Assembly (NCBI GenBank): GCA_017456625.1
Contig: JAFTJB010000004.1
Span: 5,901 to 69,900, forward strand
Source: Clostridia bacterium
Lineage (GTDB): Bacteria; Bacillota; Clostridia; Oscillospirales; CAG-272
Direction: 5' to 3'
DNA length: 64,000 nucleotides
The notes beneath the pieces were generated by a model. That model was not told where the DNA came from. It saw only the letters and a list, made by a program, of their open reading frames with translations, and searched no databases. The position numbers were made by a program, and so were the translations under genes. This document shows positions 9,162 through 18,306 of this stretch, in pieces. The stretch's first letter is position 1. Every line of letters starts with the position of its first letter.

Positions 9162-12100
9162 TTATTCGTTGTCTTCGGTTTCCTCGTCAGCAGGCTCCTC
9201 TTCAAGGCTCTCTTCAACGGGAGCTTCCTCCTCTGCCTCTTCCTTCGGCTCGGTGAAGTCATAATCCTCTTCCTTCTTACCGAAGATGCGGAGAATGCCC
9301 AAACCGATCTTTGCCACAGCGCGGCAAATTGCCAAGAAGCCCGTGCCAACCCACGCTACAAAGCGCGTGATGAAGTTGTTCTTCAGCTTACCGAGCGTGA
9401 AGAGCTTATAGAGGATCGCGATGATCGCGATGAGAAGAACAAGTGCGATCAGAATCCAGAGCCATACGACAGTTGCCGTATCCTCGATTCCGAAGGTTGC
9501 GAAGGAGATCGCGCCGAGAATGTCTGCGGACCAACCGTTGAAGGTGACCTTATCCTCGCCTACGTTGGGAGCGCCCGTACCCTGATGCTCGGTGCCGTTG
9601 ATGATGTTCTTATCATCATAAGCAACCGCCTCGATCGAATAGTTGATGTGCAAGCCGTCCTCTACATCGAAGGAGTAAACCAGAACGTACATATCTCCGT
9701 CAACGGATGTGTTGACCAGCGTGCAGCAATCCGAAATGGATGCCAGACGGTAGCCGTTGGTAAAGCGAACCTCAAAGGTTACAACGTCGCCGACCATTGC
9801 GCCATACTGCGGTCTGTTATTGATGTAGTAAACCGCATTGCCCGTAGGCGTGTAGGTTACGTCGATCTTAACTGCCGCATCGGGCATGGTGAACTTGCCG
9901 TTCTTAACGGTGACCTTGCTGCCGTTGACCGTAACGACCGTCAAAGCAGCCTTGTGGAATTCCTTGTTGATGATCTCTACCGTGATCTCGTTGCCAAAGA
10001 TCGCATCGCCCGTAACGGTGACCTCGGTCTCGTCGTAGGTGATGGAATAGGTGCAAGGCGTGTAGACGGCATCAAGAGAAGTCTCCGTGGTACCTGCCGC
10101 GATCATCTCTGCGATTGCGGTTGCAATATCAAAGGTTGCAAGCTCGGGGCACGCAACGGTGTGACCCTTCTTTGCGGGAATGATCAGCTCACCGAGCACG
10201 TCGGTCTCAACCGTAAAGGTGACCGATACAAGGACCTCATCCTCCTCGGGATCCACCACGTTCAAGGTGTACTCGATGGGTGTGTAGGTCATGTATACGT
10301 TCATGTCGATCGTGCCGAGGTTATCCTCGTCGTAGCCGATCCATGCGTCAAAGGTGTAAGCTGCGGGAAGCGTGTAGCTGCCGTTGAGTACGAAATCGTT
10401 CATGGAATCCATGTGAGCCTTGATAACCGCATCCTTGTCAAGCGCGATCGCGTGCTTGTTGTAAAGATCGGTCTTGACCAGCTCGTACGCGCCGTTGACG
10501 GGAGCGTAGTAGTTGACCTTGAAGCTCTTCGGCATAAGAGATGCCTTAATAGTAACGAACTCTGCGGGAACAACAAGCTTCCAGGTGGTATCGCTCAGCT
10601 TCGTCAGCTTCACAGTCTCACCCTTCGCGTTGACGTAATAAAGATCCACTACGTTGTAGTTCGCGGTAATACCGGAGGGAGTTACGATGATCTCGTCGCC
10701 CTCCTGATAGAACGCATCGGAATCAAATCCGGAGATCGTTGCGTTGATCACGGGAGCGGGGTTGGGCAGCCGGGTATCTGCGTGCGTAGCACCACCGTCA
10801 AGAATGGTGTACTCGTTTGCGAAGATCCAGGAAGCCTTGAGCGAATCAGGGCAGAACTCCAACACCTTCGTGCCGTTTGCGAGCGTGACCTTCTTGTTGG
10901 TGCTCATGACGTAAAGCTCGAGTGCATCGCCATTCTTCAGAATGATCGTGCGACCTCTGTAAGCATTTGCCAGCCACTCAAAGGGAACGCGAACCGTAAG
11001 CACGTCTCCGCTTGCAAGCTCGTAAGCCACACCGTCACGCTTGATCTCGATCATGAACGAGAACGCGTTGTTCTGGTTGTACTCATCCGCCGTGAAGGAT
11101 GCAATCTTCTTGTATGCAACGGTTACGTCGGTGGGAGAACCTGCAAAGACGTTCTGTACCAAAGCCTTATTCATGACAACAGGCTGATACAAGGTCTTTC
11201 CATCCGCGTCAATGAGACGGATGATGACACGCGCCTCTGCGTTTGCAACTGCCATGTACTTGCCAATGCCTGCGGGCAGATGGACGGTTCCCATGCCGCC
11301 CTTGAGCGTGATAACGTAATCGTACCATACGTCGCCGTCCTCGGTGCGCTCCTCAAAGAACGCATCGATCTTGTCGGCAATGGTGGGGTTGGCAACGTCG
11401 ATCTCATACTCCTCTGCATATGCAGCCTCCAAAACGAGAGGAGCTGTCACTGCAGTGTTGGTATCGTAAGCCGCACCGCTGAAGGTCCAGTGAGAGAATA
11501 CCTTCTCAAAGAGGTAGCAATCAAATTCGGGGACAACCTGGTTGTCGGGCTTGATCATGTTGAGGTATTCATCATTTGTAGCAAGCTTCTCGCCGTCCTT
11601 GATCCAGATCTGCTTGTAATCTGCGTTGTTCACCTTAAAGGTAACGAGATAAGAAGCAGCGAAGGATGCCTTGAAGTTCGTGGTACCGTCGATGGAAATC
11701 GCATCGAAGTCTACAACGCCGCCATCCTTATCAAGCCAAGCGTCGAACGCATAGCGAATGGTGTCATTGCTCTCGGGTGCTCTGGAGGGCGTTCCGATCT
11801 GCGTGAGCATATCGCTCGTGATCTTCTCACCGTTCTTGACCCAAAGCTGACCCTGAAGCGCGCCGTTATAATTATAGAAGGAAACCTTGTGGTAATCCGC
11901 AACGTGCTCTGCCTTACCGATAAAGGTCATGTCGCTCGTGATCGGAATATCGTTGGGCAGGGGATTTGCGGTTCCGTCATACTTTTTGCCGCTCTCATCC
12001 TTCCAATGCGTGAACGCATACTCATAACGAGTCTCGCCGAACTGCTTGAAGTAGGAGTCGGGCGTGGGAATCGCCTCGCCGATCGTGTTGCCGTATCTTA

Positions 12101-15100
12101 CAACGTATTCCTTCTTATAACGGTATTCGCCATCCTCCTTGAGTCCAAACAGGAAGGTTACCGTGTAGGTCTGCGTGAATTCGGTCTCGATCGTGAGATA
12201 GAGAGGTGCATCGGTAATGGTGAAGACACCGTTCACCTCAGTCTTGGAGGCATCATCGTAGGAGTTCTTCGCAACAGTCGTGCGAACGATCTCATAATGC
12301 TCGGGAGAGGTGATGGTTGCAATGAAGGGGACCGCACCTACGGGGAGGTAGGTGTAGTTATCGTCGTTGACGTGTACGTCATCCATGAAATCCAACTCAC
12401 CGACAATGGTTGCACCGGTATTGAGAGAGATGAATCTGTGATATACAGCGTACTCGTTTGCGAGCGTGTACTTGGAGAAATGATCGACCTCAAAGGAGAT
12501 CGTGTTGTTTGTGTGGGTGGTCGCGATCAGCTCACGGTTGTGAGGATCGTCAACGCAGTAAACGTGCGTGCCCTGTACGCCGTCGATATCGTCAACGGGA
12601 GTGAAGTCATCAAGGCTGAGTTCAATCTTAACAGGCTCTGCGAAGGTCTTGTCTCTACCGGTCATCTGACTGTAGGGAACGTAATCCTCACCAATAAGGA
12701 ACTCAAGCGTGTACTGAACTGCATTCTCGTGCGTATAGTAGCCGGACTCAAACTCTGCGTGAGGCGTGAGTCTGAAGGAAACACCACCGTTGCCGAGAGA
12801 ATTCAACTGCTCAACAGTCGCACCGCTGACCGTGATCTTGATACCGGTGTTATCATCGTCCAGAACGATGGTAGCGCCCTCGTTTACAAGATTTTGCGGA
12901 AGCGTGACAAGTGCGGAATCATATACGCCGTCACCATCCTCGTCCTTATTGGAGAAGACGTCGTCGATCGCGATGGAATAACCGTCCTCAACAGGAGTGG
13001 TCACAGGACCGTATACGGGATCAAAATACTCCTTCGTTCCGGAGGTAAATACGGGAACGAACGCCAATCCCTCAACGACCTCGGTCGTTGCGAAATCAAC
13101 GAGCGTCTGCTGGTCGTCACCAAGCAGTGCCCAGCCGTCCTGAACCCACTTCCAAATGGACTCGTATCCCTCGTCAACGGGCTTATTGTAAACAACGCTT
13201 GCAACGTCCGAAGCAGAGAGATAGGTTCCGAGCTTCTTGTAGAAGGACTGAAGCACGGTCGTGCCATCCTCTGCATAGAAGTATACCTTAGTGTAATCGG
13301 GATTGACCGTCGGGTCGATCTCGGGATATACGGACATATCGCCCGTTACCGTCTTGACAGGAACGCCGCCGGACAGCCAGCCGACGAGCAGAACGCCCTC
13401 GGGCTGATAGTCATACGCGGAGAGCTTTGCTCCCTTGGGAAGGAATACGGTATCAAGCGGCTTCGCGTCCATATCATGATAGGTAACGCGATAAATGTTT
13501 TCGAGCTGTACGGTAACGTCAACATTTGCGACAAGGGTATAATCCTCGGGGAAGAAGCCCTTAATGATCTCGACCATTTCGTCAGCATCGGGACCGTCAC
13601 CGTAGAATCTGCGCGCAAGCTTCTCTGCGAGCTTCTGAATATTGAGATCGCCCTTGGTCAAAGTAGCAGCGTTTTGGAACTTACCGTTGCCCTGATACAT
13701 CTCATCCAAAGTCTTTGTGAGAAGATCGGGAGCGAGTACATTGATCTTGTCGATCGCGCTCAGCGCATAGCTCTTAACCAGGTTGAAGGTCTTTCTGTAG
13801 GTCGCGATATCCTGATTTACGATATCCTCGAGATTTTCCATCAACTTTGCTTCATCGAGAACCGTAGAGACATCAACACCGAGCTTTTCATCAATAATCG
13901 AGATAACCTTATGAACAAAATCCTTTTTGCTCATTTCGTCGATCTTCTCGTCAAGCGCATCCAAGATCTCGCCCGTTGTCAGAGAAGAAACGTCCTTGCC
14001 CGTTGCAGCGGCATATTCCTTGAGAATACCGTTGACGTAGCCGATCTGTGCGAGCTTATCCATCAGCGCATCGGTATTGAGAGCCTTGAGAATGATCACA
14101 AGATCATCAATGGTCAGCGCCTTGAGGAAGTTCTTTGCATCCATAGATGCATCAAGCAGACCAACCAATCTGTCCTTCTCCGCAGCATCAAGATCGGTTG
14201 CGTTGATGATCTCTGCGTAGTAGTTCATTGCCTGCTCGGGAACCTTCACGTCAAGAATGACACTCAGGTCGGGCTTGATTTCATAATATACAAACTTGGA
14301 AAGGATCGAATTTGCCTTGGCTGCCGCATTCTTTACCGTTTCGATATCACCGTCCAGAACGAACTGCAATCCAAACAGCTTTTCCGCGTTGCCGCCGCTG
14401 AGCTTTTCATATTTTACGTCAAAATCAAAGGAAAGAAGCGTGTTACTCTCGAGGTTTGCAATATCCTCAAGGGTAGGAATCTTGCTGATGATCGCCGCGA
14501 GAAGCGCGTTGATGTCGATCATCAAGCGTCCGCTGGCTGTATCGCCCTGCTCCTTGGCGACCACGTAGCCGTCGATCGAAAATTCATCGATCGCATAGGG
14601 GATCTTGGAGAGCAGAAGCGTCTGCAGAGCGGGCATCGCCGCCTTAACGGTCTCGGTCTCCCAGATCACACCGATTTCCTCGGGAGAGAGCTGACCGACG
14701 AGCAGAGCAGCCAATTCCGCATCGACCGCCACCACAAACTTATCCATGTCAACGAGGTCGGTAACTGCCTTGCCCTCGGCATTAATAATAGAAAGGAGTT
14801 TATTGACGCCAATCGCCTCGATTGCGAGAGGAAGGTCGACGTACTGCGCAAGATTATCTTTGCCGATCGCAGCAACAACCTTATCCAGATTGAGGCAAGC
14901 TACGATATTAGCAAGTCCCTCGGTGTGGATGATGGTTTCAAGTCCGATTCCGTCGGTTGCGAGATGGTGAACGTCAATAGATTCGTGGAAGTGCTCCAAG
15001 CCCTCGGGAGTTACGTACTCGGAGATGTGCAGGAGGAGGAAATCGAGGTTATCGTGCAGATAATCCTCTTTCTCGATGTATGCGTAGAAGCGAGTCTCGT

Positions 15101-16325
15101 CAATGTTTGCCTCTGCGGCATCCGCGCGGAATTCATTGAACAGGAAGTGATCGGCAAGCTCCTTCATTCTGTTAGTCGTCAGAATTTCGGCACGTGCCGC
15201 ATCGGTCAGATAGAGACCGGGATCGCTCGCAACCTTCGCCTTGACGGTATCGAGCTCGGTTGCTATCATCGCTGCGAGTCCCGCATCGTCAACACCCAAC
15301 GCCGTCTTGAGCGCAGTAGCGTTAAAGTCTGCGAGCTCCCAATCGGTCTTGGCATTGATCCACTGCTCGATCTTTGCCATACCGTTGTCATCAAAATATG
15401 CATCGGGGTCAGCCTGGAGCATTGCGATCAGATCCGCATTGGCGGGATCGTTGAGGATCTCGTCAAGATGGATGTAGTCCACAATGTGTCTGCCGTCAGC
15501 CTCCGCACCTGCAACAAAGCCGTTGAAGTCGATATCGTCATCCTCAAACGCACTCATATCATATGCGCCGGTCACAGGATCCTTCTTCCAGTAGGAGAGG
15601 AACATATCAAGATCGTCGTCGTCCTCAATATAGTTCTCGATCGCGATATGGAATACGTTATCGTTAAACAGCGACTCACCCGTGCTCCAGAAGCCTGCGT
15701 GCGCAAGATCGTCGATGTAGATCGGGCAGTTATCGGGAATATTATCCCCATTCTTGTCCTCGCCGTCAACCGCAAGCAGCTCGTTGAGCAAGCCTGCAAG
15801 CCCCGCGCTGTCACCCTCGTAGTGGGACAGAAGGATATTGAGCGCGTCATTCTTCTTGATGATCTCCTCAAGCATTTCTCTCTCGTGGAGATTCTCGATG
15901 ATCGCACCGAAATCAAAGAATACGTCAATGCCGTCAGCTTTGCCGTCGTTGTCGGCATCGCGCTGCTCAAGCTCCTCAAGCAGTGCGGCAAGACCAATGT
16001 TATTCAGAATTGCCTCCGCAGAGACGATCTCAAGGATCTCCTCAACGGTAATAACCTCCAAAAGTGCGGCGATATCGATATTGATACCCTCAAGGATGGT
16101 CTCAACAAGCGGACTCTCCTTTTCGCCCTTCAGCAGCTCTACCAGCTTATCGGAGCTTACCTTTACGACAATGGCAGGGATCGTGCTCTCAGGATCATTG
16201 GGAGACGTCTGTGTACCTGATCCAACATCCAACCAGGGATCGGCTGCAAATGCGCTCAGCGGCAGTACCGCAAAGCTCATGATCAGCGCGAGAACCATGG
16301 CAAGAACTCTGTGAAAGATCTTCAT
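9162..16325 (-). CDS. giant (2387 aa) secreted, C-terminally membrane-anchored surface protein with Listeria-Bacteroides (Flg_new-type) repeats
   Basis: Start chosen at the ATG at 16323-16325, which gives the signal peptide MKIFHRVLAMVLALIMSFAVLPLSAFA|ADP. About 900 aa of acidic, helix-like sequence follow, with DxDxDG-type motifs (DADNDGKADG, DKNGDNIPD, NKDEDGDGVYD). Then come many beta-rich units ending in F/Y..W motifs (YAFTHWKD, YAFDAWLDKDG, VFSHWTF, YTFDAWIGYD, VTFNGWSAD, LLVGWLSGG). The C-terminus has a TM helix (VVWLWILIALVLLIAIIAILY), a second hydrophobic segment and an acidic tail. The gene has its own consensus promoter and terminator. Confidence 0.85.
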   Translation of the reverse strand: MKIFHRVLAMVLALIMSFAVLPLSAFAADPWLDVGSGTQTSPNDPESTIPAIVVKVSSDKLVELLKGEKESPLVETILEGINIDIAALLEVITVEEILEIVSAEAILNNIGLAALLEELEQRDADNDGKADGIDVFFDFGAIIENLHEREMLEEIIKKNDALNILLSHYEGDSAGLAGLLNELLAVDGEDKNGDNIPDNCPIYIDDLAHAGFWSTGESLFNDNVFHIAIENYIEDDDDLDMFLSYWKKDPVTGAYDMSAFEDDDIDFNGFVAGAEADGRHIVDYIHLDEILNDPANADLIAMLQADPDAYFDDNGMAKIEQWINAKTDWELADFNATALKTALGVDDAGLAAMIATELDTVKAKVASDPGLYLTDAARAEILTTNRMKELADHFLFNEFRADAAEANIDETRFYAYIEKEDYLHDNLDFLLLHISEYVTPEGLEHFHESIDVHHLATDGIGLETIIHTEGLANIVACLNLDKVVAAIGKDNLAQYVDLPLAIEAIGVNKLLSIINAEGKAVTDLVDMDKFVVAVDAELAALLVGQLSPEEIGVIWETETVKAAMPALQTLLLSKIPYAIDEFSIDGYVVAKEQGDTASGRLMIDINALLAAIISKIPTLEDIANLESNTLLSFDFDVKYEKLSGGNAEKLFGLQFVLDGDIETVKNAAAKANSILSKFVYYEIKPDLSVILDVKVPEQAMNYYAEIINATDLDAAEKDRLVGLLDASMDAKNFLKALTIDDLVIILKALNTDALMDKLAQIGYVNGILKEYAAATGKDVSSLTTGEILDALDEKIDEMSKKDFVHKVISIIDEKLGVDVSTVLDEAKLMENLEDIVNQDIATYRKTFNLVKSYALSAIDKINVLAPDLLTKTLDEMYQGNGKFQNAATLTKGDLNIQKLAEKLARRFYGDGPDADEMVEIIKGFFPEDYTLVANVDVTVQLENIYRVTYHDMDAKPLDTVFLPKGAKLSAYDYQPEGVLLVGWLSGGVPVKTVTGDMSVYPEIDPTVNPDYTKVYFYAEDGTTVLQSFYKKLGTYLSASDVASVVYNKPVDEGYESIWKWVQDGWALLGDDQQTLVDFATTEVVEGLAFVPVFTSGTKEYFDPVYGPVTTPVEDGYSIAIDDVFSNKDEDGDGVYDSALVTLPQNLVNEGATIVLDDDNTGIKITVSGATVEQLNSLGNGGVSFRLTPHAEFESGYYTHENAVQYTLEFLIGEDYVPYSQMTGRDKTFAEPVKIELSLDDFTPVDDIDGVQGTHVYCVDDPHNRELIATTHTNNTISFEVDHFSKYTLANEYAVYHRFISLNTGATIVGELDFMDDVHVNDDNYTYLPVGAVPFIATITSPEHYEIVRTTVAKNSYDDASKTEVNGVFTITDAPLYLTIETEFTQTYTVTFLFGLKEDGEYRYKKEYVVRYGNTIGEAIPTPDSYFKQFGETRYEYAFTHWKDESGKKYDGTANPLPNDIPITSDMTFIGKAEHVADYHKVSFYNYNGALQGQLWVKNGEKITSDMLTQIGTPSRAPESNDTIRYAFDAWLDKDGGVVDFDAISIDGTTNFKASFAASYLVTFKVNNADYKQIWIKDGEKLATNDEYLNMIKPDNQVVPEFDCYLFEKVFSHWTFSGAAYDTNTAVTAPLVLEAAYAEEYEIDVANPTIADKIDAFFEERTEDGDVWYDYVITLKGGMGTVHLPAGIGKYMAVANAEARVIIRLIDADGKTLYQPVVMNKALVQNVFAGSPTDVTVAYKKIASFTADEYNQNNAFSFMIEIKRDGVAYELASGDVLTVRVPFEWLANAYRGRTIILKNGDALELYVMSTNKKVTLANGTKVLEFCPDSLKASWIFANEYTILDGGATHADTRLPNPAPVINATISGFDSDAFYQEGDEIIVTPSGITANYNVVDLYYVNAKGETVKLTKLSDTTWKLVVPAEFVTIKASLMPKSFKVNYYAPVNGAYELVKTDLYNKHAIALDKDAVIKAHMDSMNDFVLNGSYTLPAAYTFDAWIGYDEDNLGTIDMNVYMTYTPIEYTLNVVDPEEDEVLVSVTFTVETDVLGELIIPAKKGHTVACPELATFDIATAIAEMIAAGTTETSLDAVYTPCTYSITYDETEVTVTGDAIFGNEITVEIINKEFHKAALTVVTVNGSKVTVKNGKFTMPDAAVKIDVTYTPTGNAVYYINNRPQYGAMVGDVVTFEVRFTNGYRLASISDCCTLVNTSVDGDMYVLVYSFDVEDGLHINYSIEAVAYDDKNIINGTEHQGTGAPNVGEDKVTFNGWSADILGAISFATFGIEDTATVVWLWILIALVLLIAIIAILYKLFTLGKLKNNFITRFVAWVGTGFLAICRAVAKIGLGILRIFGKKEEDYDFTEPKEEAEEEAPVEESLEEEPADEETEDNE

Positions 16326-16465
16326 AACAAAACCTCGCTTTGTTTCAAATTCTGCCCACGCAAACGGACAGTTTACATCGGATTGCGTCGGCAATTCCGT
16401 CAGCCCTACCCCCGCGGGCAGAGCATACAACCGTTTTTAGGCGCAGTGATGCCTATACATACTAT

Positions 16466-16494
16466 ATAATACCATCCAAAGCGGTTTTTGTCAA
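16466..16494 (-). promoter_or_regulatory. sigma-A type promoter of the giant surface-protein gene
   Basis: Minus strand reads TTGACA (16489-16494), a 17-nt spacer, then TATTAT (16466-16471). This leaves a leader of about 135 nt before the ATG at 16325. Confidence 0.6.
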
Positions 16495-16682
16495 GGTGTA
16501 GTTGGCACATTTTTTCAAAAATCTCACAAGTTTTTTTCTCTAATAAATAAATTTTCGTATATTTTGGCGAAATCAACAAACCTGCCGTCGACCTTTTGGA
16601 CAAATTGTCATCGCCTCGTTTTCTGTGTAGTTTTTATCACCTTTGTTTTTATAATTAGTCTTGTTCTTTTTCTAAAAAGTAA

Positions 16683-16719
16683 CCAAAAAACACGCGGAGA
16701 AACAGGAATTCTCCGCGTG
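16683..16719 (-). terminator. intrinsic terminator after the SGNH hydrolase gene
   Basis: Stem cacgcggaga/tctccgcgtg (16691-16700 with 16710-16719), followed on the minus strand by TTTTTTGG. Confidence 0.7.
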
Positions 16720-16737
16720 CTCGGTATGGTTTTTCGT

Positions 16738-17439
16738 TTATTTGACGATCGCGTTGATCGCTCCGGCCACGTATGCTGCGTGGAGCGAGATGACCTGCGG
16801 AACGAAGTGCGTATGGTCTCGGAAGAGCTCGCTGCCTTCAAGTCCGAGAGACTCGGTAAACGCGTACAGATCGACGATCTCAACGCCTCTCTTCTCCATG
16901 ATTTCACGTGCAATCGCGTTGTAGCTTACAACGTCCTCCGCACGTCTGGTAAAGGGCATGGTCGGCTTGTATCTCGTTCCGTCCGCGCGCGTGGTTGTGA
17001 TGAACACGGTCTTGATCCCCTTCTCCTCCATCAGATCCAGGATCGCCTGCAGGTTCGCGCGGTAGCCCTCCTCGTCGATCTGCAAATACTCGTCGGGGCG
17101 CTCTCGCTTGATGTCATGCAGACCGCAGTTGAAGAAAAAGTAGTCGCAATTCAACTCGCCCTTTTTATTCAAATCGTTCACGTATCTCAACACACGTGCG
17201 CTGTCACCGCCGTTTCCGCCGATGGGAAGATCGAGGTTTTTATACGCCTCCTCCGTTCCGGGCTTGCTGAAGATCTCAATGTCCGAACGCACCGCACGTC
17301 TGACCTCGGGACCGTAATCCAAACTGATGCTATCTCCGATCAAAAGAACCTTTTTCATGTTTTCATGCACTCCTTTTGCGTATTTCGCTATACCAATTAT
17401 AGCACATATTGCAGATATAATCAATATCGCATTGTACAA
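16738..17439 (-). CDS. SGNH/GDSL-family hydrolase with N-terminal membrane anchor
   Basis: 233 aa with an N-terminal hydrophobic segment (MYNAILIISAICAIIGIA), block I VLLIGDSISLDYG (GDS), GGNGGDS, and block V DHTHF (DxxH). Confidence 0.75.
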   Translation of the reverse strand: MYNAILIISAICAIIGIAKYAKGVHENMKKVLLIGDSISLDYGPEVRRAVRSDIEIFSKPGTEEAYKNLDLPIGGNGGDSARVLRYVNDLNKKGELNCDYFFFNCGLHDIKRERPDEYLQIDEEGYRANLQAILDLMEEKGIKTVFITTTRADGTRYKPTMPFTRRAEDVVSYNAIAREIMEKRGVEIVDLYAFTESLGLEGSELFRDHTHFVPQVISLHAAYVAGAINAIVK

Positions 17440-17535
17440 AATATTGGCAAATCGTTCAGGAATACCGCATATACATCTGCCTATATTTCATTATACCTCT
17501 TTTTGCCTGTTTGTCAAGAAAAAAGCGCAAAACTG

Positions 17536-17564
17536 TTGACAACGCGCCTTGATTATGCTACAAT
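17536..17564 (+). promoter_or_regulatory. sigma-A type promoter upstream of the riboswitch leader
   Basis: TTGACA (17536-17541), a 17-nt spacer, then TACAAT (17559-17564). Confidence 0.6.
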
Positions 17565-17574
17565 TTGTTTGCAT

Positions 17575-17826
17575 AAAAGAATAAACGCAGATCATAGAAG
17601 CTTTCTTTGTCGGGTGTGCCGCATGACGGTGCATTCGGGGATCAGGAAATGCGGTGCAAATCCGCAGCAACAGCCATTACCGTGACCGCGTACGGAAGTC
17701 GGAATGCTGATCGGTCTGCGACCTGTAAAAGTCTCTTGGGCAAAATGGGGAGGCGAGGGCAAGGATACGGCAGGGTATCCCTTTTCCGTCGCGCATGGCA
17801 CCCCATTGGAGGGTGCTTTTATTTTA
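17575..17826 (+). promoter_or_regulatory. probable cobalamin (B12) riboswitch with terminator-like expression platform
   Basis: The core GGGGATCAGGAAATGCGGTGCAAATCCGCAGCAACAGCCATTACCGTGA resembles the cobalamin consensus (GGGAA..GGTGnnAATCC..CAGC..CCGCnACTGTGA). A B12-box-like AAGTCGGAA...GACCTGT follows. The region ends in hairpin gcaccc/gggtgc (17798-17816) plus TTTTATTTT. The downstream DUF4430 and ECF-S-like genes are typical B12-regulated cargo. The call was made by eye, not with a covariance model. Confidence 0.55.
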
Positions 17827-17865
17827 TCTTTTGTGTGAAAAAACACACATGAAAGGAAAAACATT

Positions 17866-18306
17866 ATGAAAAAAACACTTTTGTGCCTCTTCCTCGCGCT
17901 CGTTTGTATCCTCTCCTGCTTCTCGCTTATTGCTTGCAAGGACGAGACAGCAGACCCGACCGAAACAGACCTGCTCTGGACAGACGCAACGTACAAGGAA
18001 GATAAGACCTTTGGCAACGGTTCCAAGACCGTACAAGTCGAGGTCAAGGCAGGTGACCGATCCGTCACCTTTACGCTCAAGACCGATAAGACCACTCTTG
18101 CCGACGCCCTTCTCGAGCATCAGCTTGTATCGGGCGAGGACGGCGCGTACGGGCTCTACATCAAGACAGTAAACGGAATTCTTGCAGACTACGACGTAGA
18201 TCAGACCTATTGGCAACTCACCAAAAACGGCGTCGATCCTATGACGGGCGCATCCGGTGTCACGGTAGCCGACGGCGAGCATTATGAGCTTACGCGCAAA
18301 AAATAA
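17866..18306 (+). CDS. DUF4430-family lipoprotein (transcobalamin-like fold family; putative corrinoid binding)
   Basis: 146 aa with signal peptide and lipobox MKKTLLCLFLALVCILSCFSLIAC|KDE. DUF4430-like blocks are TLADALLEH, GLYIKTVNGI, YWQLTKNG and VADGEHYEL. Confidence 0.65.
   Translation: MKKTLLCLFLALVCILSCFSLIACKDETADPTETDLLWTDATYKEDKTFGNGSKTVQVEVKAGDRSVTFTLKTDKTTLADALLEHQLVSGEDGAYGLYIKTVNGILADYDVDQTYWQLTKNGVDPMTGASGVTVADGEHYELTRKK

Noticed and set aside
9060-16220. 2386-aa plus-strand ORF, the longest plus-strand ORF in the track
   Set aside because: It is an antisense shadow of the minus-strand giant gene. It has no signal peptide or domain-like sequence and a Cys/Arg-rich composition. 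It sits in the codon-2-opposite-codon-2 register and ends exactly at the first sense TCA codon. The promoter, terminator, signal peptide, repeats and TM anchor all support the minus strand.
16326-16430. 35-aa extension upstream of the giant protein signal peptide
   Set aside because: The extension (MYALPAGVGLTELPTQSD...) would bury the signal peptide. The ATG at 16325 gives a textbook signal peptide, and the region fits better as a 5' leader.
16326-16465. Assignment of the giant-gene leader to a c-di-GMP (GEMM-I/II) riboswitch
   Set aside because: I could not find the paired GCAAA / ACGCAAAGC-type tetraloop-receptor features or the class II consensus by eye. It is kept only as an unclassified structured-leader hypothesis.
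16564-17685. 373-aa plus-strand ORF
   Set aside because: It runs antisense through the SGNH hydrolase gene and then across an intergenic promoter and the riboswitch leader. It has no RBS and no motif.
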